Assembly: GCA_044356295.1 (NCBI GenBank)
Contig: JBIKWN010000065.1
Span: forward strand, 1 to 13,815
Source of the DNA: Bdellovibrionota bacterium
Lineage (GTDB): Bacteria > Bdellovibrionota_C > UBA2361 > JBIKWN01
Direction of reading: 5' to 3'
DNA: 13,815 bases
Part shown: piece after piece, positions 1 through 7,685 of the stretch
Layout of the letters: each line of letters starts with the position of its first letter
Numbering within the stretch: the stretch's first letter is position 1
The notes under the pieces: model-generated
What the model was told of the DNA's origin: nothing
Database searches by the model: none
The model's input: the letters and a program-made list of their open reading frames with translations, nothing else
Position numbers and translations under genes: made by a program

Positions 1-48
1 GCGAAGAACTACATCAGATCCTTCGCGTACTTCGCGACCTTCGCGTTA
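1..48. repeat. Palindromic hairpin repeat of 9-bp units (CTTCGCGNN), copy 1, left arm cut by the window edge
   Basis: 21-48 CTTCGCGTACTTCGCGACCTTCGCGTTA is the exact 28-bp reverse complement of 5314-5341. 1-6 GCGAAG is the end of the left arm, followed by a 14-nt loop (7-20), the same loop length as in copy 2. Confidence 0.9.
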
Positions 49-205
49 AAAAAATATTTAATTCGAGGGCATAAAGTAATGCTCGATGAAGATTTGGCAG
101 TGCTTTATCAAGTCGAGACAAGAATTCTTACTAGAGCGGTACAAAGAAACTTAGAGAGATTCCCTTCCGATTTCATGTTTCAGCTGTCAGAACAGGAGGC
201 TACTG

Positions 206-234
206 CTTTGAGATCCCAAATTGGGATCTCAAAG
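206..234. repeat. Perfect 29-bp palindrome inside the ORF6N coding sequence
   Basis: CTTTGAGATCCCAA-A-TTGGGATCTCAAAG: 14-bp perfect arms around a 1-nt centre, encoding LRSQIGISK. Confidence 0.9.
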
Positions 235-247
235 GAAGGGCGTGGCG

Positions 248-370
248 CAATGTCATTAAGTTAAGGCATTCCTACCCCGTGACCATGACCGTAGGCGTGA
301 GCGTGACCTTAAATTATTTGGGTCACGCTCACGCACACGCTCAAGGTCACGGCATGTATTAATGACATTG
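248..370. mobile_element. 123-bp non-autonomous MITE with IS4-family-like ends
   Basis: Perfect 12-bp terminal inverted repeats CAATGTCATTAA (248-259) / TTAATGACATTG (359-370). 10-bp flanking direct repeats GGGCGTGGCG (238-247) / GGGCATGGCA (371-380), 8/10 identical. Excision restores the ORF6N frame. The left end CAATGTCATTAAGTTAAG resembles IS4-type IRs as I recall them. No transposase in the window. Confidence 0.85.
277..352. repeat. GC-rich 32-bp-arm hairpin built from CGTGAG/CGTGAC hexamers, inside the MITE
   Basis: 277-308 CCGTGACCATGACCGTAGGCGTGAGCGTGACC pairs with 321-352 (28/32 complementary) around a 12-nt AT-rich loop. Confidence 0.9.
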
Positions 371-722
371 GGGCATGGCAGACGTCGATATTTGCCATAT
401 GTATTCACGGAACAAGGAATTTCAATGCTCTCTGCTGTTTTAAAAAGTACAACTGCCGTTGCTGTCAGCATTGAAATAGTAAGAGCTTTTATCCGTATGC
501 GTAATCTGTTGGTCCTCAATCAAGAGTTAGCACAGAAGCTATCTACTCTTGAGAGAAAATATGACTATCAGTTCAAAGTAGTATTCGATGCGATTAGGGA
601 GATTATGAATCCTGAGGTTCCACCCAAGAAAAGACAAATTGGATTTGGCTATGATTCAAAGATTTAACTGTAACTTCATTGAATTGCTTTCTGATTGTCA
701 TAATTAAAGCTACGATACTTAT

Positions 723-1769
723 GTGACTGAGATGCAACCGACCAGTAACTATACTTCTGATATCATCGCCCGACAGAATCGAAATCTTTGGGGGCTCATA
801 CTACTTCTTTTCTCGAGCATCCTTGCATTCGGAACTATCGGCTATGTAATTATTGAGCATTGGGGATGGTTTGATTCACTGTATATGACAGTCATTACTA
901 TGGCGACTGTTGGCTTTTTGGAGGTACATCCCCTTTCCTCTGCAGGAAGAGTTCTTACGATGTTACTCATCTTTTTAGGAGTAACTGTTTTTGTTATTGC
1001 AACTTCAGCAGCAGCACAACTTATTTTTCAACATCAGTTTTTTGATTTTTTTTCGGAGCGCAAAATGATCCAACAGATTAACCAACTTAAAAACCATGTT
1101 GTGGTTTGCGGATTCGGTCGCATGAGTCGATCAATGATTGATGAACTTCTCGCTCAAAAGATGCCTGTAGTGTTAATCGACTCAAGCCCAGAGCGAATTG
1201 AGCAAGCAAAAAAACTTGGAGTGTATACCATTCTTGGTGACGCTGCTGATGAAGATATTCTAAAAGTATCAAATATAAATAATGCCCAGTGCATTATCAC
1301 CCTTGTTCCAAAAGATGCTGAAAACCTCTACATCGTTATGTCCGCAAGAGAATTAGTTCCCAACATATACATCGTATGTCGTTGTGAAGATGAAACAGCA
1401 GAAAAACGACTCATTCGTGCAGGCGCAAATAGAGTAATCTCGCCTTACCGTGTTGGTGGGCAAAAGATTGCTCGTGCTGTTTTAAAACCAAATGTATTTG
1501 AACTCATGGAACTTGCAACACAACGTGAAGGTGAATCAATTCGTATTGAAGAGATTAGAATTCCAAACAGCTCTCCTGTTTGCAATAAATCAATACAAGA
1601 GCTTGATATCAGAAAGGAAGCCAATGTCATTATCTTAAGTCTTGTTCAAGCAGATGGTTCAGTAGTTTTTAATCCGAGCGCTTCTGAAAAAGTTTCTGCT
1701 GATACAACTGTTGTTGCTATGGGATCTAAAGATCAACTCGCTAAGTTTGAATCGATTGTGTTTGGCTAA
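723..1769 (+). CDS. Potassium channel family protein (2TM pore + TrkA_N/RCK_N + TrkA_C), MthK/Kch-like
   Basis: TM1, pore helix (FDSLYMTVITMATVGFLEV), TM2, Rossmann motif HVVVCGFGRM, GDAADE, RAGANRVISP, C-terminal RCK_C (FNPSASEKV). GTG start. Confidence 0.92.
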   Translation: MTEMQPTSNYTSDIIARQNRNLWGLILLLFSSILAFGTIGYVIIEHWGWFDSLYMTVITMATVGFLEVHPLSSAGRVLTMLLIFLGVTVFVIATSAAAQLIFQHQFFDFFSERKMIQQINQLKNHVVVCGFGRMSRSMIDELLAQKMPVVLIDSSPERIEQAKKLGVYTILGDAADEDILKVSNINNAQCIITLVPKDAENLYIVMSARELVPNIYIVCRCEDETAEKRLIRAGANRVISPYRVGGQKIARAVLKPNVFELMELATQREGESIRIEEIRIPNSSPVCNKSIQELDIRKEANVIILSLVQADGSVVFNPSASEKVSADTTVVAMGSKDQLAKFESIVFG

Positions 1770-2652
1770 TAATTACAAATTTTGATACGTTCACCAAAAA
1801 TTGCAGTTATATTATTTGATAATAATACCCTTTCATCTTCCCCCAGCGCTGCCACCTGCCCACACAAACTATCCATCTGATACTGCATCAAAAAAGAAAG
1901 ACTTTTCTGCGCCTGAACATATCGTGGCTCATCCTGAAAAACTTTCCAATCTCATACTTTGCTAATCCTAAATTATACCGAGCTACAATAAATGAAGGCT
2001 TCCTTTCAACTGCATTAGAAAATAACGTTTCATCTTCGTAAAAACGTTGCTGAGAAGCCCTAAGCCTTCCTAAATTATTCAACGCTTCTGGGTAGGTTGG
2101 ATTGAATCTGTATGCAGCTTCAAAATGCGGAGCTGCTTCACTAAGATTCCCTTCCGCGTCGAGTGCATTGCCTAAATTTGTATGCGCTAAAAAATTATCG
2201 GGTGATACGTTGAGGGTATGTGCAAAAATACTTTTACTATCACTCCAAAAGGGAAGATTTTTATAGGTAAGAAAAGCAAAATAAAAAGTGATAACGATCC
2301 CAATCAATAGTCCGATGTGTGGCAAGTAACTCCAACGATCTGCATATGTTACATACCCAACACTTACCGATGAAAAACGGTCTGAAAGTGATATGACATC
2401 TATACTTTTTAAGCCCCCATCGTTTTGCTGAGCCAGGCAACAGATTCAATCCGCATGGGATGAACCGCAAAGATCAGCGAAACAATAAAAGCACTCGTTC
2501 TGTCTTTTAAAAGAGCTAAAACAATATAAAAACAAAGGATGCAATTAATGCAGTGAAGTAAAACATTTACCAAATGATGCGAGCCTGGGTCTATCCCAAA
2601 CAACGAAGAGTAGTTGCAATCCTTGAAGTTGTTCTTTTTTAAACATGGACAT
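1766..2652 (-). pseudogene. TMTC-like membrane glycosyltransferase (GT-C) + TPR protein, collapsed by multiple internal deletions
   Basis: Collinear fragments in several frames: MSMFKKEQLQGLQLL (ATG 2652) | SLFGIDPGSHHLVNVLLHCIN...FAVHPMRIESVAWLS | QQNDGGLKSIDVISLSDRFSSVSVGYVTY | ADRWSYLPHIG...WSDSKSIFAHTL...TPRs (AHTNLGNAL, ALNNLG, ARYNLG) | FQDEPRYVQAQKSL...KICNY* (stop 1766-1768, overlapping the convergent channel stop). Confidence 0.85.
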
Positions 2653-2691
2653 TCTTGCTACCTACTTTTCAATCTAAATATCGAGAGGAAT

Positions 2692-3867
2692 TTAAACCAA
2701 TGCCCCAAGCAGTTGCTCGACAGACAGAATTCGCACTCCATGCTTTATAACATCCACGTTAGGAACATCAACAACTTGATAGCAGTATGGAATTTTCAGA
2801 CGCTCTCTGAAGTAAGATATATGTGGAGAAAGTGAAGTATCACTTTGCTTCACTTCAACACAAAACCATGGTTTTTTGTTATTTGTTACAAGAAAGTCAA
2901 CTTCGCGACCTTCTTTATCACGCAAAAAATGGAGCTCTAATTTGTGTCCATCATGATCATGATGGAAGTGAATGAATTTATAAAGGTGTGATGCAACAAT
3001 ATTTTCAAGTCTGGCTGCACTATTTTCGAGCTGTGACCAGTCCCATAGATACATCTTTGGCTCTTTGCGTAACGACTGTATTGTTTTTGCACTAAAAGGA
3101 TAGATGCGGAAGTGGTAATACATCTGCTCAAGAATATCCATCCAGTGCGAGATTGTCTTATGAGCAACCTCTACATCTTCTCTGAGTGAATTTAAAGAAA
3201 GTAGTGAACCGACTTTCGAAGGAAGTATTTCTACAAGAATCTCCATTAACGAAAGATCTCGGATCGGTTCAAGATCCCTAATATCCTCTCTCACCAAACG
3301 CTCAATTCGCTCACTACCCCATCGTCGCAACGTTCGCGTGCTATTTTTTATAAATGGCTCAGGAAATCCGCCACAGGTCAAAAGTTGTAAATATGCTTCA
3401 CGTAATTCACGAGAACGTGATGGCAATGAAAGCGCCTCTGCAACGATGCTGTTTTCATGACGGTTCGTGACTTCAGCAACCGAAAATGGATGTAAGCGGT
3501 AGTAATGATATCTTCCCAATAACGAATCGCCACCTTTACGATAGGTATCGAGTCTTGCACTACCTGTGACAAGAATGTTCATCGTTTGTGTCGTGTCATA
3601 GATTCCCTTCACTAAACGTTTCCATGGTCTATACTTATGAATTTCATCTAGGATTAAGAGCTTTGTATTGCCGGGGAATTCCTCTTCTCGTATTTGTTTG
3701 CGATCTAACGAACGATCCCAGTTCAGATATAAGAAAGGCTTAAATGACTTATCCCCAATTTTTTTTGCTAATGTCGTTTTCCCAACCTGGCGTGGACCAC
3801 CTATGAAAATCATTTTCTCAGAAAGTTCATCTGTAATGGGAATTTGCAAGTAGCGTTTTAGGTCCAT
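2692..3867 (-). CDS. AAA_14 family ATPase with DUF4143 and C-terminal PD-(D/E)XK-like region
   Basis: Walker A GPRQVGKT, Walker B LILDEIH, TGSA, GDSLLGR, GGFPEP, K-x-Y-x-x-D (KMYLWD), C-terminal EVDF...VEVK. Intact 391 aa. Confidence 0.92.
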   Translation of the reverse strand: MDLKRYLQIPITDELSEKMIFIGGPRQVGKTTLAKKIGDKSFKPFLYLNWDRSLDRKQIREEEFPGNTKLLILDEIHKYRPWKRLVKGIYDTTQTMNILVTGSARLDTYRKGGDSLLGRYHYYRLHPFSVAEVTNRHENSIVAEALSLPSRSRELREAYLQLLTCGGFPEPFIKNSTRTLRRWGSERIERLVREDIRDLEPIRDLSLMEILVEILPSKVGSLLSLNSLREDVEVAHKTISHWMDILEQMYYHFRIYPFSAKTIQSLRKEPKMYLWDWSQLENSAARLENIVASHLYKFIHFHHDHDGHKLELHFLRDKEGREVDFLVTNNKKPWFCVEVKQSDTSLSPHISYFRERLKIPYCYQVVDVPNVDVIKHGVRILSVEQLLGALV

Positions 3868-3873
3868 ACAATA

Positions 3874-3957
3874 AGATTACAAGAATCCGACACTTTTGAC
3901 CATAAGTAAATAATATCTCTTGAAGTTTTGACTATGATCAAAAGTATCGGATTTCTT
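3874..3957 (-). promoter_or_regulatory. Putative leaderless promoter and inverted-repeat operator of the AAA_14 gene
   Basis: Minus-strand -10-like TAATCT (3874-3879) lies 6 nt before ATG 3867, with no Shine-Dalgarno. Imperfect ~27-bp inverted repeat 3881-3907 / 3931-3957, containing the palindromic core TTTTGA-N6-TCAAAA. Confidence 0.55.
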
Positions 3958-3982
3958 TGAAGACCGCTTTTTACCCTAGATG

Positions 3983-4010
3983 TCAACGATGTCCTTTTTT
4001 TAACCGATAC
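3983..4010 (+). promoter_or_regulatory. Sigma28/FliA-like promoter motif upstream of the GT2 pseudogene
   Basis: TCAA-N16-ACCGATAC versus the consensus TAAA-N15-GCCGATAA, 22 nt before TTG 4033. Confidence 0.4.
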
Positions 4011-4032
4011 ATTCTTGTAAACTTACTTTTAC

Positions 4033-4569
4033 TTGAAAATCTCTATCATCATCCCAACATTCAACGAAGCCTTAAATATCGCAGTCTGCTTACGCCGCAC
4101 GCAAGCCGCAAACCTAGATGCTGAAATTATTGTAGTTGATGGTGGGTCAGATGCGACCGAACAAATTGTAAACGAGATAATAAAAGATCTCCCATCAATT
4201 CGTTATATCCCCAACCGCCCCGACCGAGGGAAAGGTCATGCTATTCAAGTTGGCATTGCTGCTTCAAAAGGCGATATCATTGCCTAGCTTGATGCAGATC
4301 TTCAGTTTCATCCAGAAGAGCTTCTTTTGTTGTTAGCTCCCATACTCAATAACAATGCAGATTTTGTTATGGGAACTCGATTTTTAAGGCAATCTACTCG
4401 AAACCAAGGCAGCACTCCCCCACTGCGTTCAATTGGAAACACAGTTATTAGCGCGCTGGCATCAATTCTCTTTTTTAAAAAAATGAGTGCTGTACTTGCA
4501 GGAATAAAAGCTTGAAAAAAAGAAGTTACTGAATCATTTAAACTTGAAAGTGACTCTTATTCATACGAA
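4033..4569 (+). pseudogene. GT2 (DPM1-like polyprenol-phosphate) glycosyltransferase with two nonsense codons and a 3' truncation
   Basis: One frame: ISIIIPTFNE, IIVVDGGS, GKGHA, GDIIA*LDADLQFHPEE (TAG 4285-4287), ADFVMGTRF, AGIKA*KKEV (TGA 4513-4515), ESDSYSYE. GT2 similarity ends at about 4569. Confidence 0.88.
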
Positions 4570-5188
4570 CTCTGGTGCGGATACAAACTATGCAGCACTC
4601 TTTTCAGGTGGCAAAGTTGGTATAGGAATTTCTAATCCATCTTCTCAGTTTGAAACCTATGCAAGTTATGCTCCTGCTGCTGCTAGTTCACAAATTGCTA
4701 ACCAATTTAATGTTGCAAATTCAGGGGCAGTTTCATCTGGAGCAGATATTACCAAAGGAATGTATCTTAGCGTAGCAAGGACGAATGCAACTGGAACAGC
4801 AAGTCCTACCACAACTGGTCATGATATTGTTGTTACTGATGATGCTGGTGGAACTTCTCAAACAACTGGATCAAGTGTTTCCGTATCAGGCGGAGATAAA
4901 AAAATTCTTGGTGTTATTTCAACTAAGTCAGCATTTCAACTCGGAGGATTTGGTCAGGATGAGCTCATTTCTTACAGAACAGTTCCACTCACTTTAGCTG
5001 GACGAGTTCCTGTGAAAGTTACACTTGAGAATGGTGAGATTGAAGTTGGCGATAGAATCGCACCTTCAACGAAAGCAGGATTTGGACGCAAAGCAAATGA
5101 TGGTGAAGTATCGATTGGAATTGCGTTGGAGCCTTTTAGTAATGAGATCTCAATTGATACTGAGAAGGTGCTTGTTTTAGTAAAATAG
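4565..5188 (+). pseudogene. 3' remnant of a tail-fibre-like beta-repeat protein ending in a peptidase-G2/IMC-like C-terminal domain
   Basis: TNYAALFSGGKVGIGISNP repeat motif, Ser/Thr/Gly-rich stretch, C-terminal ILGVISTK...LAGRVPVKVTLENGEIEVGDRI.PS.KAGFGRKA...IGIALE. The TTG 4544 start is an out-of-frame part of the GT2 gene, so the real N-terminus is missing. Confidence 0.65.
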
Positions 5189-5313
5189 CTGAAGCCAATC
5201 CAATCAGAAAAATGGCGGTTTTTAATACAGAGTTTTAAAAATCTTGTTTTTAATTCACGCCTATATTTTTAAAATATCGCTACTGTCCAGAGAGTAATTG
5301 AATACTTTTTTAG

Positions 5314-5392
5314 TAACGCGAAGGTCGCGAAGTACGCGAAGAGACTAATTATTTTCTTCGCGTCCTTCGCGTCCTTCGCGTCCTTCGCGTTA
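5314..5392. repeat. Palindromic hairpin repeat of 9-bp units, copy 2 (complete)
   Basis: Left arm TAACGCGAAGGTCGCGAAGTACGCGAAG (3 units), 14-nt loop 5342-5355, right arm (CTTCGCGTC)x3 + CTTCGCGTTA (4 units). Flanked by T-rich (left) and A-rich (right) tracts that extend the stem. Confidence 0.92.
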
Positions 5393-5422
5393 TTAAAAAT
5401 ACTAAATAAACCAGCCCCTTAG

Positions 5423-5450
5423 TAGACTAACAACAACTTTATGCTATAGT
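5423..5450 (+). promoter_or_regulatory. Putative sigma70 promoter of the M4 peptidase
   Basis: TAGACT (5423-5428), 16 nt, TATAGT (5445-5450) with an extended -10 TG at 5442-5443, 16 nt before ATG 5467. Confidence 0.4.
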
Positions 5451-5466
5451 TTCCATCAGTTTCAAA

Positions 5467-7230
5467 ATGGATATCTATACTATGCATACTGTTTATTCAT
5501 CTCGCAGAATCTTAATCCTTGTTACACTTTGCGCCTCAATTTTTTGCCTACCAAGCTCCTCGTTCAGCCAAAGCGAGCCTTACAATATTACACGGGACAG
5601 AAGTACTGGACGTGTTACGTTTTTAGAACCCATCGCAACTAAAACCCGAAATACGCCCTCTTCACAAAGCGCCCTTGTAAAACAAAATGATATTTCCTAT
5701 GTCATCGCTGCCGATAGTTACATTAAAAAAGTAAGCAACTATTTTGGTATTCAAAACTTAACAGACCTTATTCCAACTGAGCCGACAACAGATGAACTCG
5801 GAATGTCACGCGTTAAATACCATCAGCAATACAACGGTATTCCAGTTATTGGTGGTGAACTTCTTGTCCATTTCAATAAAGACGGCGCGGTAACCTTAGT
5901 AAACGGAGAATTCGCCTCAGATATTTCAATTTCTACCAAACCTAAATTTTCTGCTGAAGCTGCAGTTAAACTCATTACAAAAAACCAAAAATATAGCACT
6001 TTTAGAACTATTGGAATTCCAACTCTTGTCATTTGGCATGATGGAATCGTCGCGCATAAAGCAAACAGTACCGCACGCCTTGCATGGCAGATTCGAGTTC
6101 AAGATATCAGCACTCCTGGAAATGATACTGATGAGCTCATTTATATAGATGCCTCGACTGGTGTTCTTTTTAATAAGCTTTCCAATATCAGACATCTCAG
6201 CAGACAAGTTTTTGATTGCACCAGATATCCAATTATTGGCGGCTGTTCAAGAGATAATTTCTCTTCTCAGTACAACTATTACTTTGGAAGAAGCGAAGGC
6301 AGACCTGTTCGAGGACCAAATCCAGTTTATGGCGGCAATGATGTTGATAATATGTATGACTATTTTGGTGCAGTTGATTCGTATTGGTTTACAAAATTCA
6401 ATCGAGATGGTGCTAATAAAGTCGGCGGAACCGGCGATGGGTCTGTTTATGCAGCGAATCTAACCCGTTCTTTTACTTACATGGATCCTATTTGGCCTAC
6501 ACTTTGTCCGCATGCTTTATGGTCTACTGTTAGTAAAGCAGTACAGTTCTGCCGTGGTATGATCACAAAAGATATCGTGGGTCATGAATACGCACATGCC
6601 GTTTCTTGGTATTCATTTACAGATGCAAGTGGAGTTGCAATTGGTAATGTATATCAAGGTGAAACTGGAGCAATTGAAGAAGGTGCTGCTGACTTATACG
6701 GAGAAGCCCTTGAATTTAGTATGAATGGTTCAAACGACTGGAAAATTGGCGTCGGATCAAGTACAGGTACTATTCGTGATTTGGCAAATCCTCCATCACT
6801 GTCTCGTGCAGGAGCACCCTTCCCTGATAGATTCAACTCACCAAATTTTTACTGTGGTACCGATGATTACGGAGGTGTTCACTACAATGCCACTGTTATT
6901 GGAAAAGCTTTTTATCTCATGGCGATGGGTGGTAAATTTAATGGTTGCACTATCTCTGCTGTTGGAAGAGATGTAGCTGAAAAAGTTTATTACCGCGCGT
7001 TAACAACTTATTTTACTCGTACAACAACATTTAATGGTGCTTACACTGCAATTAATCTCGCATGTAAAGATCTCTATCACCCTAAAACCTGTTTATTTGT
7101 ACAAAACGCTTTAGAAGCCACTGAGATGAACCTTCCAGGAAGATGCAGCGGAGCGACTAGGCAGCGACCTACTTGTCAATGCCCGTCCTCTACAAATTCT
7201 TTAAATAGAATATGCATCAGAGAACCTTAG
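5467..7230 (+). CDS. Secreted M4 family (thermolysin-like) zinc metallopeptidase, pre-pro-enzyme
   Basis: Signal-peptide-like N-terminus, FTP propeptide (DELGMSRVKYHQQYNGIPVIGG), PepSY (LAWQI...YIDASTG), HEYAH zinc motif, GAIEEGAAD third ligand, GGVHYN, Cys-rich tail. Confidence 0.93.
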   Translation: MDIYTMHTVYSSRRILILVTLCASIFCLPSSSFSQSEPYNITRDRSTGRVTFLEPIATKTRNTPSSQSALVKQNDISYVIAADSYIKKVSNYFGIQNLTDLIPTEPTTDELGMSRVKYHQQYNGIPVIGGELLVHFNKDGAVTLVNGEFASDISISTKPKFSAEAAVKLITKNQKYSTFRTIGIPTLVIWHDGIVAHKANSTARLAWQIRVQDISTPGNDTDELIYIDASTGVLFNKLSNIRHLSRQVFDCTRYPIIGGCSRDNFSSQYNYYFGRSEGRPVRGPNPVYGGNDVDNMYDYFGAVDSYWFTKFNRDGANKVGGTGDGSVYAANLTRSFTYMDPIWPTLCPHALWSTVSKAVQFCRGMITKDIVGHEYAHAVSWYSFTDASGVAIGNVYQGETGAIEEGAADLYGEALEFSMNGSNDWKIGVGSSTGTIRDLANPPSLSRAGAPFPDRFNSPNFYCGTDDYGGVHYNATVIGKAFYLMAMGGKFNGCTISAVGRDVAEKVYYRALTTYFTRTTTFNGAYTAINLACKDLYHPKTCLFVQNALEATEMNLPGRCSGATRQRPTCQCPSSTNSLNRICIREP

Positions 7231-7365
7231 TAGTTCTTGAGATATTAATTAAGATCTTAAATACTTCTGTTATTGGTAACCTTTATTCTGAGCGAGAAGT
7301 ACTAATTTTGGGTAAAACCAGATAGTGAGTCGATGCGCTGATTGAATAGAAATTTCAAACTATAG

Positions 7366-7587
7366 TTATCTAGCTCCAGGACCAGTCCCCCCTTGATCTG
7401 CCTCAGTACCAAAACATGGCGCCCCATCAAAATCTGGATTCAACTCTTGCGAAGCGCAATCTGTCACAATAGCAACCTTCGCTCCAAGCGCTTCCACAGA
7501 AATAATGCTTACGACACTCAACAAGGCAACACTCAATGCGTATTCTACAAGCGAGGAACCTCTTTGATTTATGATACTCTTTTTCAT
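7366..7587 (-). CDS. flp: Flp family (type IVb/Tad) prepilin, copy 2
   Basis: Short basic leader, RG|SSLVEYAL (Gly-1, Glu+5, Tyr+6), hydrophobic helix, C-terminal tail with two Cys. Confidence 0.85.
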   Translation of the reverse strand: MKKSIINQRGSSLVEYALSVALLSVVSIISVEALGAKVAIVTDCASQELNPDFDGAPCFGTEADQGGTGPGAR

Positions 7588-7598
7588 GACTGAAATTT

Positions 7599-7626
7599 GT
7601 ATCGTGCGATTGTGACTATAGATTGA
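7599..7626 (-). promoter_or_regulatory. Weak sigma28-like motif upstream of Flp copy 2
   Basis: Minus strand TCAA-N16-CACGATAC, 11 nt before ATG 7587. Confidence 0.3.
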
Positions 7627-7685
7627 TGATTTGAGACTAAAATTTTGAAAAAAGAACGGAAGGTAAACTGAATATATTCAGATAC

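Larger units (their letters stand above)
55..667 (+). pseudogene. ORF6N-domain (phage antirepressor-like DNA-binding) protein interrupted by a MITE
   Basis: [44 protein letters not shown]...[13 protein letters not shown] (55-246) and RRYLPYVFTEQGISMLSAVLKS...AVSIEIVRAFIRMR (383-667) are the two halves of a typical ORF6N protein. Removing 248-380 rejoins them in frame (KEGRGGRRYLPYVFTEQG; 151 aa from ATG 79). The true start is uncertain because the frame stays open to the window edge. Confidence 0.9.

Noticed and set aside
256..519. 87-aa minus-strand ORF with RERD/RSRS repeats
   Set aside because: Antisense to ORF6N. The low-complexity peptide is just the translation of the MITE hexamer hairpin.
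4285..4515. In-frame TAG and TGA in GT2 as recoding (pyrrolysine, selenocysteine or alternative genetic code)
   Set aside because: Both are single-transition changes from plausible CAG/TGG codons, the gene is also truncated, and TAG and TGA act as normal stops for intact genes in this window.
5314..5392. 9-bp repeats as CRISPR or iterons
   Set aside because: Units are contiguous without spacers and arranged as inverted arms, and no rep gene is nearby.
7669..7682. 14-bp palindrome CTGAATATATTCAG just after the cyclase 2 stop
   Set aside because: AT-rich, no loop, and no counterpart in the paralogous spacer 9948-10042, so a function cannot be supported.
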